This document shows positions 11,946 through 24,448 of a stretch of DNA of 64,000 nucleotides, piece by piece. Where the stretch lies: NCBI GenBank assembly GCA_965603825.1, contig CBFDEM010000009.1, positions 62,001-126,000 of the forward strand, in the 5' to 3' direction. Every line of letters begins with the position of its first letter. Within the stretch, counting starts at the first letter, position 1. Under the pieces are notes generated by a model. That model did no database searches. It saw only the letters and a program-made list of their open reading frames with translations, and was not told the origin of the DNA. Made by a program: the position numbers and the translations under genes. This stretch comes from Blepharisma stoltei ATCC 30299 (taxonomy: Eukaryota > Protista > Ciliophora).

Positions 11946-12644
11946 TTCATATAAATACTTTACTTGTGATAAAGAATTAGTTATTCGTTAATCTAATTTT
12001 TTAAGATCATGATTATTTTATTTAAATTATACTAAATTGGGAATAATGAAAATTTAATGACGTATTTAAATTTATGACAAAGGTATTTTATTTTGTGATT
12101 TTATTATGCGTTTCTTAATTTAAATAAAGCAATGAAATCAGCAATTTTCCCCATTTTAGCTAATTCTTTTACTTATTTAATTGCAATTACCAGCATTTGA
12201 AGCACTTGCATTTATGCTGACATTGATAATTTTCGTCTCATGTTCCTGTGACTCATATTTAAATTCCATAACTGGCAATAATCGAATTTAATATAAAAAT
12301 TGTTTCGATTTTATTATATGCATTCTTAAAGCCTTTTCCCTTCCAAAAATAGAAAATCTCCTTCACCCAGATCACACCCTTTCATTTTCACATAATTACT
12401 AATTTAAATCTCAAGGCATGCGCATATAATTATATAAATACCAAGTGCACAAGCCTGACCAGCCCAATCTTTTTCCTTTTGATCTCTCTCATTTTTTAAC
12501 GCTGATATTTCGCCAATTTTTGGAAGAATTATTACTTAATCTGGATAATTAATAAAATTTTATTTTGTCCTTTATGCATTAATTTAATTAATAATCTGTT
12601 CTTTTCGACCTGATTTTGGCGTCATATTTAGTTCAACATAATAA

Positions 12645-13202
12645 ATGAAATTTGTTGTCTTAATTGTTCTGTTCTCCCTGGGAGTTCTCAGCTTTGAAAT
12701 ACCTAGCCAGATCAAGGTCACAGATCCAGCAGAAGAAGCCCTCGACGCCAGTACCTTCCCTAAAAACCCAGTAAAAATCCTTGGAAATTTCACCTTGGGT
12801 GTCGCCCAAGGTCTCCAAACCAAGCTATCTCCTCTCTCAAAATGCTATAACAACACTGCTCTTTTGCATCCAGGCTTTGAAGCAGTAGCCCAAATGGCCA
12901 TTAAGTGTGCATTATTCAACTTCACTGCTTGCAACGATGTCCCAGCCATGCTGACCTTATTCAACACAAAAGTGGAAACAGTTTACACTTCTTGCAAATT
13001 GGCAACTTTGATATCTGATATTGAAGGTCTTAAGGATCCTCAAACTTTCAGCGAATTTATGGTCAGATTTTACTTGAAAAAGAGCGCTATAACTGCTAAC
13101 AATGATAAGATGGTCACTTATTTCAAGGCAGGGCAATACCTCGAAGCAGGACAAATGCTTGGCACTAATTTGCGCCTATTGTTCAGCTTCACAGTAAGTT
13201 AA
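12645..13202 (+). CDS. Putative secreted helical protein with signal peptide, unknown function
   Basis: MKFVVLIVLFSLGVLS signal peptide; 4 Cys; uninterrupted 185-aa ORF. Confidence 0.75.
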   Translation: MKFVVLIVLFSLGVLSFEIPSQIKVTDPAEEALDASTFPKNPVKILGNFTLGVAQGLQTKLSPLSKCYNNTALLHPGFEAVAQMAIKCALFNFTACNDVPAMLTLFNTKVETVYTSCKLATLISDIEGLKDPQTFSEFMVRFYLKKSAITANNDKMVTYFKAGQYLEAGQMLGTNLRLLFSFTVS

Positions 13203-13229
13203 AAATTTCATATAAATAAGCCTTAATAA

Positions 13230-13832
13230 ATGAATAGTGATGAATCACTAAACCCAGTCTTAGTTTTGAGCGATAGCGATGAGGATGAGGCGAGCATGTA
13301 TTTGAGGAGCGTCATGAATGAGGCTAAAGATTATGAAGAAAAAAGCATTTACATTGAGGAAAGCATGGATTGTGAGCAAAATATGATGTCTGAAAGCCAA
13401 ATCCCGAAGGATTTTGTGCTAAATTTAACAAATGAACAAATAGAAAAAATCAACCAAGACTTCAGAAAATTAAGGGAGTATTTGTTTCAATGGAAACAGA
13501 ATGCAATAGAAAACGAAACCAAGCCGAATAAGGAAGAATGGAGAAACTTCATGATGAATAATGATCCTTTGTTAGACAAAATCAAAGAAATTGACCATGT
13601 GACTACTCTAAAGCTAGTTAAATGGCTATCAGATTGAGTTGAAAATGATTTTGAAAATCTTGGGAAATGAGTTTACGCTATTTTGGCGAATTTAGAAGAA
13701 CCTTTATCTCCTGACACAGCTTATTTTTTAAACAAAATTATGATCACTTGCATCAATAACTCTCCAAAGCCTCTATCCTTATTGTGCATTTGTTTAATCA
13801 CTACCTTTTTTGGCCAAAAGCTCCATTCCTAA
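13230..13832 (+). CDS. GEMIN2: Gemin2 / SIP1 (SMN-interacting protein)
   Basis: YLRSVMNEA at the N-terminus; TGA=Trp at 13635 and 13668 gives KWLSDW..LGKWVYAILANLEEPL..FFGQ; TAA at 13830-13832. Confidence 0.8.
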
Positions 13833-13840
13833 TTACAAAT

Positions 13841-14656
13841 TTAATCGTATTTAATTCTTTTTGATTTATATTTGTCATCCTCTTCAAATTTCTCCACAAA
13901 TTTTCTTTTCAAGTTTTCATTTTTCTGCTTATATGCTGAATAGTTAGGCTGGGAATACAGCAAATCTAAATTGCTTTGTGAATACCTCATTTCTTTTAAA
14001 ATTAAATTTTCTTTTTCTTCTGAGTTCAGCTGTGGAGTTTCCAATTTTGTGGACTCTGATTTGATTTTTACTTCAGTTCAGCTGGTGTCGCGAATTCTTT
14101 TACCTGATGCTAAAAGCTTCACACGCTTCGCAGACTTCATAATGGCTTCTTCAAGACTGATTTGTGAGCATGTAGGTGTAGAAATGATTGGTTCAAAAGG
14201 GGATTTTATGATATTGATAGGGGAATTTTCTGAAAATAAGGTAGTTGGACTGAAAATAGAAGACTGAGTAGAAATCGTCAAGGCCCTTCTTGAAACAGTT
14301 GATTGGTTTCTTATAAGATTAGGGACAGTTGGTGTGTTTATAGGAGTAAAATTAAGATTAGAAATTACTGGGTCTTCATGTATTATGGAAAGTATTGATC
14401 CTCGTGGACGAGCTGCTTTATAATTGCTATTTGGGATGCGCAAAGGCTTGAATTTTGAAATTTTTTGGCTAGATGATCTTTTCGCTCTTCCAGATTGAGA
14501 AATATATGATTTTGGGTTTGTTGGCTTAAATGATCTTAAAGGTGAAAGGCTCATAATCCTCGGGCCTGATTTTTCGTCATCTTTGTTGTCAATAATTTCA
14601 AAACTCAAATCTTCATTGAGAATTTGCTGATTGAAAGAATTTAAATTTGAATCCAT
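13841..14656 (-). CDS. Hypothetical Ser/Pro-rich protein
   Basis: ORFs 14078-14656 and 13841-14044 are in one frame joined by TGA at 14078-14080. Confidence 0.7.
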
Positions 14657-14782
14657 TTATTATGAATAGTCACTAAGCTGAACTTTTATTAATTCCTTTA
14701 ATTGACAAATAGTCAGTATTAAGATTAATGATAAAATAACTCTTTAAAATACACTTTTAAATAACAGATGTATATAAATATA

Positions 14783-15922
14783 TTATTGAATAGTGCATCT
14801 TTTTGACTGGGACTGAAGTGGAGGCAAAGAGTACTCATCAGCATTAAAAACTTCTTTGTCAGTATCTCTGAGCTCTTCAAGCTCATACTTGAGTTCTTCT
14901 ATTTCTTGCTGATTAAATTTAAACTGTTCTTTCGCCATCTTATAAGGATTATCGAATTGTGCACAAAAGGCTTCTGGATTAATCCCAGTACTTGAGATTA
15001 AAATTGAATTCGACAACTGACTTACAGTCGCTATTTTTACGCCTCCTTCATTTCTTAATTCAGCTATCTTTCTCTCAGCTTTAATGTTAGTTTTTTCAAG
15101 CTCCCTTATTTCTGCTTTTAGTCTATCAATTTTCAATGTCAGTTCTACTTCATTTGAGCTCACCACAATATTTGCTTCCTGTATCTTATCCTCTTCTGCC
15201 TTTTTTATTTGTTCTTCTACAGTTTTATTATCAGCCCTACAAGCATCAATTTTTTCTTTTAAATCTTCTCTATTAACTCTCTCTGTCGCAGTTTGCAGTT
15301 TAAGGTCTTCGATTTCTTCTTTATACTGAGCTATTTTCATCTCTTTTCCTTTCAAATGTAGCTGAAGCTCGACTACTTTGGATTCCAGCTTCATGATGAC
15401 ATCGTCCAGCTTCTCGATAGCATCTTCGACTTTTTCTTTTCTTTTTTGGTCTGATCGTAAGTTATGATTAATTTTGCCTTCTTCAATAAGGATTTTTGAT
15501 TTGAGTTCTTTACACAAATCACGCTCTTTATTTAAAGCTTTTATTTCTTCATCTACCTTTTCTTGTATAAACCTGATCTGTGCTTGAACATCCATAATTT
15601 CAAACTGAACTTTGCTTGTGATTTGTGTTTGGATGAACTGGGTATAACAATTGTCACAGATTTTTAGAATTTCTCGCTTGACAGGCTCATAAATTTGCTG
15701 CATGGAGCATTTATTGCAGACCCCACGATAGCAAAACCCACATGTGTATTTTTGATTGGAACCTAATAGACTAAAAGGAGATCCGCAGATTGTGCAAACT
15801 TTGTCTTTTTTGTAGGCAACTTTATCTGTTGTAGGGCTTGAAAGAGGAGTTAGATTTAAAAGATCAGAGGTTAGTGGAAGTGGACCTGCTTGTAAATCAT
15901 CGTCCACGTTTTCTAGATTCAT
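14783..15922 (-). CDS. FYVE-like zinc finger + coiled-coil protein (paralog B) with C-terminal CaaX-like CTIQ
   Basis: TDKVAYKKDKVCTICGSPFSLLGS is clearly paralogous to the gene at 10824-11945. Confidence 0.8.
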   Translation of the reverse strand: MNLENVDDDLQAGPLPLTSDLLNLTPLSSPTTDKVAYKKDKVCTICGSPFSLLGSNQKYTCGFCYRGVCNKCSMQQIYEPVKREILKICDNCYTQFIQTQITSKVQFEIMDVQAQIRFIQEKVDEEIKALNKERDLCKELKSKILIEEGKINHNLRSDQKRKEKVEDAIEKLDDVIMKLESKVVELQLHLKGKEMKIAQYKEEIEDLKLQTATERVNREDLKEKIDACRADNKTVEEQIKKAEEDKIQEANIVVSSNEVELTLKIDRLKAEIRELEKTNIKAERKIAELRNEGGVKIATVSQLSNSILISSTGINPEAFCAQFDNPYKMAKEQFKFNQQEIEELKYELEELRDTDKEVFNADEYSLPPLQSQSKRCTIQ

Positions 15923-15993
15923 TTATGTTTATGAAAAATTCAGAAAATATTGCGAATTTTTTTTAGTAATTATAAAGCAAATTTAAATTATTC

Positions 15994-17868
15994 CTAAGGC
16001 AAAATTCCATTTGTAAATCTCTGGAAAGAATCATACTTCACTGTCTTCCAGTTTTCAGCGGCGGTTAATACTAAATCATTTATAAACGACAAGCATTGAT
16101 CTTCATTTAAATTAAGCTGAAACCTTGACCTGAAATCCGAAATGGCTCTTGACGGGTGTTTAAAACATGGGAAATTTGTATGCTTCATCATATCCAATAA
16201 AAGTCTTAGCTTATCAAACTGCTTTCTCAAAGCCAAAAATCCTTGGAATAGCAAAACTTTAAAATATACATACATTTCGCTATCATAACCTCCCATGGCA
16301 TCTATCATTTCTTTAGTTAATTTAAATGGAGCACTCTCAAAGTTAATGTTTCCACCAGGAGAATTAGTCAAAAAAAATCCAAAATCGATATGAATAATGT
16401 GACCTTTAGAGTCAAGCAAAATATTTCCATTATGCCTATCCTTTAAATTCAAAATATAGCATACTAATGAATACCCTGCCATGCTCTCCACAAAATTTCT
16501 TTGAGCTTCCTCAAATGATGTATCCCAGGTCCTTGCAAAAAAGTCTCTTAAATTTGTATAATTTTTAGTATTTTTTTTAATACTATGCAATGATACAGCA
16601 TCAGGAACACATTCAATTAATCCTGAATTGTGTGAAACTATCAAGATATCATAAGGCCTTAAATAAATACTTAGTCCAGCCTCAAGGAAGATTTCTTTTG
16701 ATTTTCTGATAATCTGCATTGCTAAGAGTTCTTGTCTTAAGTCGTCATGTCCTTTTACTATAACTGCTCTGGCATTTCAGGATTTATAATAACCGAATGC
16801 TGAACTGGCTTGAAGCCTTGCTTTGGTTTCTTCTCAGCTTTCTCCCCATGGGGTTTCTTCAGAACCATCAGATCCAGCCATTGAAATAACATCTTGTCTG
16901 TCTTCTTTGTCAGGTCTAGCCTTTCTTGCATACTCTTCAAAACCAGCAAATCTTGCTTCATTTTTGTCAATTAATGAGCTTTCCAGGTCTTCAACATTTA
17001 GACCTTCAATTATCTCAGATTTTGGGGCAACCTGAGGAGATGCGGGCTCAGTTTCGTTCAAATCATCTTCATTGATATCGATGGTTTCTATAATAATTTT
17101 ATATGGAACTCTTGCTTTGGTTTTGAAACATTTGCTTTCTTCGCTGGGAATGCTAACAATTTGCTCAATTTTTGAATCGGAGCCTTGAAATTCGATAGGA
17201 AGCACGATTCCTCTGTAGATTCTTTGGATATATAAGGATTTCTCTGATCTTTTATATCAAAATCTTGTATCTTTTATTCAAGTATCGACATTTTGTATAT
17301 ATGCCCTAAGCATTGAGTCTTTTTCATCGTTCGGAACTCCTATTAATGTTATCGAAATTTTTGCCAAAGTATTTGCGAGTTTATGCTGATCAGTGAAATA
17401 CTCAGCTCTTGCTCTCTTATGAATTAGTAATTCTTCCTCAGTCTCAGCTATATTTAGTGCAAATAAATGAGGTGGCTGATATCCAGAACTTCTTCTATGC
17501 CTTTGACCATCTACTATAGCTTTTTCCAAGCTGTGAATGATATGCTCAAGCTTCTTTACAAATTGATTTTGGCAATCTAATAAATTCGCTTGTAGCAGCC
17601 AGTACAGCTTGACAGCAAAAAAGTGGTTTTTTATTGCTGTGTCAAGGAAAAAAGATGTATATGACTCGCAATCTTCTCTTTGTATCGAAATGTTGACGAG
17701 CTGTGGTAAAAAATTGACGACTTGATCGGATGGAAAATCATAGAGTCTGTTTATAAGAAAATCCTGGACTCCGCGAGACTCATTTTTATGCAGATAGCCA
17801 AGAATATATTCAATCGAGGTGTCTTCACCAGAAAATAAAGAAGGAATCGAACTTGGAGAGTCACTCAT
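15994..17868 (-). CDS. PI4KB: Phosphatidylinositol 4-kinase III beta (Pik1-like)
   Basis: TGA=Trp at 17278, 17257, 16834 and 16777 joins three ORFs; WNARAVIVKGHDDLRQELLAMQ, KDRHNGNILLD, HIDFGF, FESAPFKLT. Confidence 0.93.
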
Positions 17869-17992
17869 CCGTGATAATAAATTTCTATTTAATCAGAGTC
17901 TATATTAAACTCATAAAAATTTTCATTAATTTTGAATAGCTTGGAAAATATTGTATAGTCTAACTAGGTTAAGAAATTAGCCTTCATAAGAC

Positions 17993-19228
17993 TTAAATAT
18001 CATCGATATTAAAATCTTCGTGAACTTGCATGCGAGACATTAAGTCAACAGCTACCTTTACTTCAGTCTCGTTTACAGGCTCTTTAACTTGCTCTTCAGC
18101 TGGCTTTGCGGTCTTAGCTTGCTCTTCAAGCTGCTGTTGAATAATTTGCTGCTGAATTGCAATTTTATCTTCTTTTTGTTCTTCTTTTACTCCTTCTCCT
18201 TCTCCTTCTTCTTCTTCTTCTTCTGATTCACATTCAGCGTTTTGTAATCAAGTTAAAAAATCCGTAGCACATCTTTTCATTGTTTCCAGAAAATCTGCAT
18301 TATAAATAATTGAAGACTCATTAAACACAGCTTCGTCTTCTGACCATGACGTTAAGAATTCCTCAGTAAAAATGTCATTTTCATATAAAGCCATCAATAC
18401 TCTTGACACTTTACTGTGGAAGCTCTCATCAGGAATATAAATAACTGATAAAGCCATTAACAGCTCCTCAGGATATGCCTCGGATTGTGACTTTAATATA
18501 AAGATCTTTGCCGGATCTTGCAACAATCTGAGTAAATTAAGTCCGAAAATGGATTTCAAGGTTATATAAACGCGTAAATCAGGCTCAATGCTGTTAGCAA
18601 TGCAAATATTATTTATATGCTCACTTATTTTTTCAGGTGCTTCTTCTATATGGTGAGAAATTCTTTCTATAGCTTCTAAAACATCAGGATGATCAAGGGT
18701 TATTTTTTCTTCTGTTTCTTCCTCCTTTTTCCTTTTCGAGACTTTTTTCTTGCCTGTTACTTTTTTTTCGCTAGCAGCTGGCGGCTTTTCTTCAGTCCTG
18801 GGATGATGTTTGAGTATGAAGTTGCTGATTTTGTGAGACATATCCATTGGCTTTACATTGCCACAAGCTTTGCAGTCAGAGATTAAATTATTCCTCTTAA
18901 ACCGATAGGTAATTTCTGGGTAATGACACTTGGAACATAACACAAATTTTTCGATGAACTGGTCTAGCAGCTTTTGAAGATCTTCTCTACGGAAGGTACC
19001 TTTAAGAATTGCTTTATTTTCAGACTCTTTGTACTCAGCACTGGCTCCTAATTCGGCAGCAAAAAATCTCAGGGGATACTCAGTTGGGACATTCAAGTAT
19101 TTTGACACATCTGAAAGGTTTACAAGCTTTGTTTTCACGCCATTGCCACGACTTTCACCTGTTATTTGTAAAGCTGGCATTTTATAGCGATAGCTTGGAT
19201 CGTCGATGTAAGAGGGTATGTTCAGCAT
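17993..19228 (-). CDS. EIF5: Eukaryotic translation initiation factor 5
   Basis: DPSYRYKMP, GNGVKT, CxxC..CxxC zinc finger; TGA at 18248-18250 gives the W2 motif FLTWLQNAECESEEE; ends DFNIDDI then TAA. Confidence 0.93.
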
Positions 19229-19596
19229 TTTATATCCTTACAAAAGAATTGCTAAGATAAGAGCTTTGTGAGGTAAAAATAAACTATAAAGAAATAATAT
19301 TTAGTAAATTTAATTAATAGCTAAAAAATCGTCAAAAGATTTATTGAAATTTGATAAATTGACTGCTAGAGATTCAAATTTGCATTGGAAAATTTCTCTG
19401 TGTTTCTAATTTTTTTTTGTGTAGAACAAATTAATTTAAAATAAATTATGATGAGAAGAATATAAAATTAAAGATAAAGAAAAAATATAATCATAAAGCA
19501 TCATCATCTCATATTTTTTGATCGATGTAAGCTTTTATATTATAAAAATGATGAAAGAAATTTATGTGAAGCTTTAAAATAATTTTCTTGATTTTA

Positions 19597-22500
19597 TTAA
19601 TGCTTATTATCATGAGCTGGAATCAAAGTCATTATTGTTTCCATTTTTTTGAGATTAGCTTTTTCCTTTGCAAGAAAAGGAACATAAAAAAACAAATATA
19701 AGCATGCTGAATACAAAATATAAAATACGAGAACAATAAGAACATACATGACTTGTCTTTGGATTATATACATGTTTTGATCATCAGCATAATTTATAAG
19801 ATCATCATAAATATTTGCTAGATTTTCTGCTTTTTCAGTAATAGATAGCCATTCTTTGTCATTTTCTTCTTTATAAGTCATATTTCTATCTGGATTCTGA
19901 TCACTATCAGCATCCATATCATGCATAGAATGATAATGGACATCAAAGAGAATTATATTTCCTGCAGAGTACACTCCATATTTAAAAATCTCATTTTGAT
20001 GGCTCATGTCCTCATAAAAATATTTTATAAAATCAGAATTAAAAGATACTTCATATTTTGGATTTCTTATAAGTTTATTTGAATAAAGCGCGTTTGCGTA
20101 CAGTGAATTTAGCTTTATTCCTGGCTCTGGAAACTGATAAGATGTATTTAAAATATGCTCAAGACTTAAAGGCTGGTCATCTAGTTTTGTTTCTCTTGAC
20201 CAAGAAACCAAATTAACATAAGAAATTTTTCTGCTTATAAGAGTTTTGATAAGTAGAGGTCTCATTTTTACGTATTTATGGCCATTCGGATATATGTACA
20301 CATAATTTATCAAAAAAAAGAGCAAAGAACATAATAAAAATAAGCTGATCCTTCATATATATCTTCAGGGACTTTTCATATTGGCAGTTTTGCTCATATA
20401 TTTTGTATTATGAGGCAAGTTTTGAGCATCATTTTGCCCGTGGATACTGTATAGTCTATCTAAGCAATTTTGCCTTAAATCAAAATATGCATCACATGCT
20501 TGAGCTTTTATATGATTCCAGAAAGAGTTAAACATATTTTCAATAGACATTGTAAACGGAATTAGAACAACTATACAAACAATAAGAATAGCAAAACTGC
20601 TGAGCAGCAAGTAATTCATATTTTCAGTGAGGTCAACAATTGATTCGTGCTGGCAACGAGCAAAATCATAAAGAGAACTGTTTGTATAGCGAAAAACACT
20701 TCCATATCCGTTTGAGACGATATATTTACCTTCAGATGAGAAATCTTCTAAACTGTTTGCTTTTCTTATGACATCCTTTCCCTATATATAAATTACTGTA
20801 CCGATAAACTCAGAAATTGTATTAATCAATTTTTCGTTCTCAATAATATTTCCTTTCCATACCGGAACAGCTTCTTCTATAAAAATGTTTTTTCCACGGC
20901 AAAGATCCCAGTCAGATAGTTTAAATGAAATATTTGCGTGGAGATCTTCTAAATCGCTGATTTTTACCTGCAAATCGGAAACAGAGCTGGGTAACTCGTT
21001 TGGATAAAGAAGAAATTGAAATTGCATATCTCGGATTGAGTTAGCTATAGTAATAAGGGAGTATTCTAATTTTCCAAGAGTTATTGCTATTTTTAAATCA
21101 CTCAGCTTCATTGCTTCAATTACAGTGAAAAGCACAACTGCTACATTCGCTAGTGTACTAATAGTAATCTAAATGACAAATACCGCTGATATAAGAATAA
21201 TATTGAAAATTTTTATAGTCCGAGTTGCATCTTCTCTGAGCTTTATTCCAAGATTTTTCTTCTGAATTGCAGAAGAGCTTTGGGATATGCTATGAGTTGG
21301 CCCTTCATCTTCATATAATCCTCAATCTTTTGGTTGAGTAATATCATTTGAATGTACTATGCCTGTTGTTTCATTTTTTATCTGCTTTCCACTGGGGTCA
21401 TTTTTTATAATATCATATTCTGATATACTTGATAAAAAACCAAACTTCGGCAATGGAAAAATTTTATTTACTACTGGTGTATAGACATCTTCTATTTCTC
21501 TGTACTTTTCGATGTTTCAGTCCTGGAGTTCATTAGGATCATCTATTATCAATACATAGTTTATCTTTATACCATCAAGTTCCCAGAATGAAAATACTAT
21601 ATAAGTATCTTCTGATTTATTTTGCAACTTGATAAGCGTGTTAGGTATAATATCAGAAAATTTCAAATTTGGAAAAACATCAAAAATGTAAAATCCTTTT
21701 AAAAATGGGTATCTCAAATTTGTGTACAAGTTAAATAGTTCACTATGTGCATAGATTTCTCCAGTTTCAGATATCAAAGCAATTTGATGATTTGTATTAC
21801 TTTCCTTTAAGAGAATAAATAGAGTTAATATATTTGATAATGATGTGATTGAAGCTTTAAACATAAACTCAACTAAATAGCCATTTGGAGAAAGCAAATA
21901 AATAAATGGGGGCAATTTTAAGTCAGATTTCGAACAATATTGAAGATAATAATTCATTGAGCTCGCAAAATTGTGATCGTAAGGATGAGGTATAAATATA
22001 GAGATATTATTCCCAATAAGCTCATCTATAGGATGTTTCACCATATCAGCGACTCTAGGATTAGCAAAAAAAATTTTTCCTTGGTCCTCTTTTTCTCCTC
22101 AGCTGGCTAAAATAATTCCATTATTTTCATCAAACACACTGAATTTTTTCTCAAATTCATGTTTAAGTATTCTATTTAAAGAATGCTGCCTGTTCAATAG
22201 AGGAATCGCTTTTTCATTGTTAAAAAAAATTTTCTGTAATAAAGTTGAATATAACAAAAGAGTTTCTGAGCTTTTCGGAAAGCTAGTAATTAGTCTTGTA
22301 TATTCTTGATTAAGGAATAAAACTGAATTTGATATCCTTAGCATTATTGATTTTATTTTATTTAAGTTTGGCTTTCTCAATATAATCTCTCTTCAAAAAT
22401 CCTGAAGCAGAACACAAAAAAATTCATCTTCTTTCTTTAGCTTATTGAAATCATTTATATAATCCAAAAATTTTGTATTTTCATTAAGCTTAGCGCTCTC

Positions 22501-23883
22501 AGAAAATATTTTTCTGCATAAATATTCATGATAGCTACCTTCCAAACTGTAACTAGAGTATTTTGCTTTATGAAGCTTAACTTTTGCTAAAGTTTCATCT
22601 TTTAAGCTATAAAAGCAGAAATTTGCTTCTCATATCGCTAATAGTTTTACTTCATGAAGAGTAGTTTTAAGATAGCAATCTGCAAAAACCCGTATAACTG
22701 ATTTATCTATCTCAGTTTTTTTCTTTCATAAAGACTGGCGAAGTAAAAGTTCAAGCTCATATCCATTTTTTATAGTTTCAACATAGAATATTCTATTTCT
22801 TATTGATTTTTGATAAGCACGCACAACTATTTCTATTGCTATCAATGATAAAGATGGCACAAAAACAAATGATAGCAGAGAAATAGCATAAGCAGTATTT
22901 ATTCATTTCCCAAAGATGAATGCAAAAGATACTGTAGAAATAATTAAGAATCTAACCACCACAATGCAGTTATTGAATGGTGAAAAATAAGGAAATGATT
23001 TGACTGTTTTATAAACTAAAACGAGTGACAAAATCATTGTTATAATTTGACATAAAATAATGTGCTTAATAGCAAAAAATACATAAAATACTGATATTAT
23101 TGTAGAATAAAGGACTGTATATATTTCGATTATTGAATGGGCTTTTGCAGAAACTACTTTTGGAAATTTTGAATGCCTGGTATCTCCGCAAAAAGCCGAT
23201 TTTAGCAATACAATGAAAAATATAAAAATAAGCAATAGTAATAATCAAGGTATCAATATAGGTGATAGCTGAAAAGATGATGCTTTATTATTTTCCTGAT
23301 ATTCTAATGCATAAGTTTCCGTACTCACACTATATTTAACACAAATCAAAAGTAAAGTTATAGATGGAATATAAATAAAATCAGAAAAAAAAAAGTAAAA
23401 TCCTCCTAAAACCCGAGCAAAAAGTTTAGATATCTTTCTTTTCAATAAAATAGCAATTACCATAAGAGCTGCTCCAAATATACATGTAAAGGAAAGCATA
23501 ATAGAAGAGTAAAGACACAAATCTATTGCATCAAAATAAATACATAAATTATCAAATCGCAAAGAGCCAATATAATTTCAAACTTTTACGTTACTTTCTC
23601 ATCCGTTTATTGAAGTATTTGAGGTTCATAAAAAGCTAATAATTTGGCATGCAAATATGATATTAATGAAAATAGTTTTAATTCTTTGCTTTATAATAGA
23701 CTGCCGCTTTGGGCTCTTGATAAAGAAGCAGAGCAGATAGACCTCGAAAATTGCTTCTAGAATTGTATTTTTAGCTTTGCTATCAACTTTTAAGGTTTTA
23801 TAGGGCAAGCTTTCCTCATAGTAATCTATATAGCTTGCTTTGCTAGATAAAGTTGTGATTGAGCTTGGCTCATTGCTTATCAT
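19597..23883 (-). CDS. Large multi-pass membrane PAS-domain protein (tiny macrocysts TmcB/TmcC-like), about 1418 aa, two introns
   Basis: Eight ORF fragments share one frame once 13 TGA are read as Trp and two 15-nt introns are removed; N-terminal TM cluster, DFWREII..KPNL, PAS-like FANPRVADMVKHPIDELIGNNISIFIP, C-terminal TMs. Confidence 0.8.
20782..20796 (-). other. 15-nt spliceosomal intron GTAATTTATATATAG
   Basis: GT..AG, A at position 10, removes an in-frame TAG; frame stays open on both sides. Confidence 0.85.
21169..21183 (-). other. 15-nt spliceosomal intron GTATTTGTCATTTAG
   Basis: GT..AG, A at position 10, removes an in-frame TAG inside a hydrophobic segment. Confidence 0.85.
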
Positions 23884-24448
23884 GGCTAATTTAATTTTAA
23901 TAAAATGAAATTAATTAAGCCTATATTAGAGTTTAGCTTACATTCGGATATAGATTTTAAAGATATAGCATTTAATACATTACTGATGATATCAATTTCC
24001 ACTCATGTTGTTAATTATTGCAATTAACAATTCATTTCTTAATAAATTAATTTATTTGTGATGTATTCAAACTAGAGAGCACTTACGTGAATAACCAAAA
24101 GATTGAATCATATTCAGTAAGCCACAAATTTTATGTATAGTCTCCATCTTTTCCTCCTAATTAATAAGCATTTTATTATAAATTTCTAATAAAGCTGAAA
24201 TAATATCTTCATTATTTTGATAATCATTAGCAATTATAAAAGATCAGGGCTGAATTTTTGAGTATCATGATAGATGCTTTAAAAATATCTAAAAATATTA
24301 AATAAACTGGCATTAAATTTGAAATGGAATCTCTTAAAATTTGCCTTACAATACCTATCAAGATCGAATTTTATAGTGAAATAGGTTGCTTAAAGCAATA
24401 TTTACATATCTGCATGATACATTTGAAATAAATAGCATTATTTAATTT

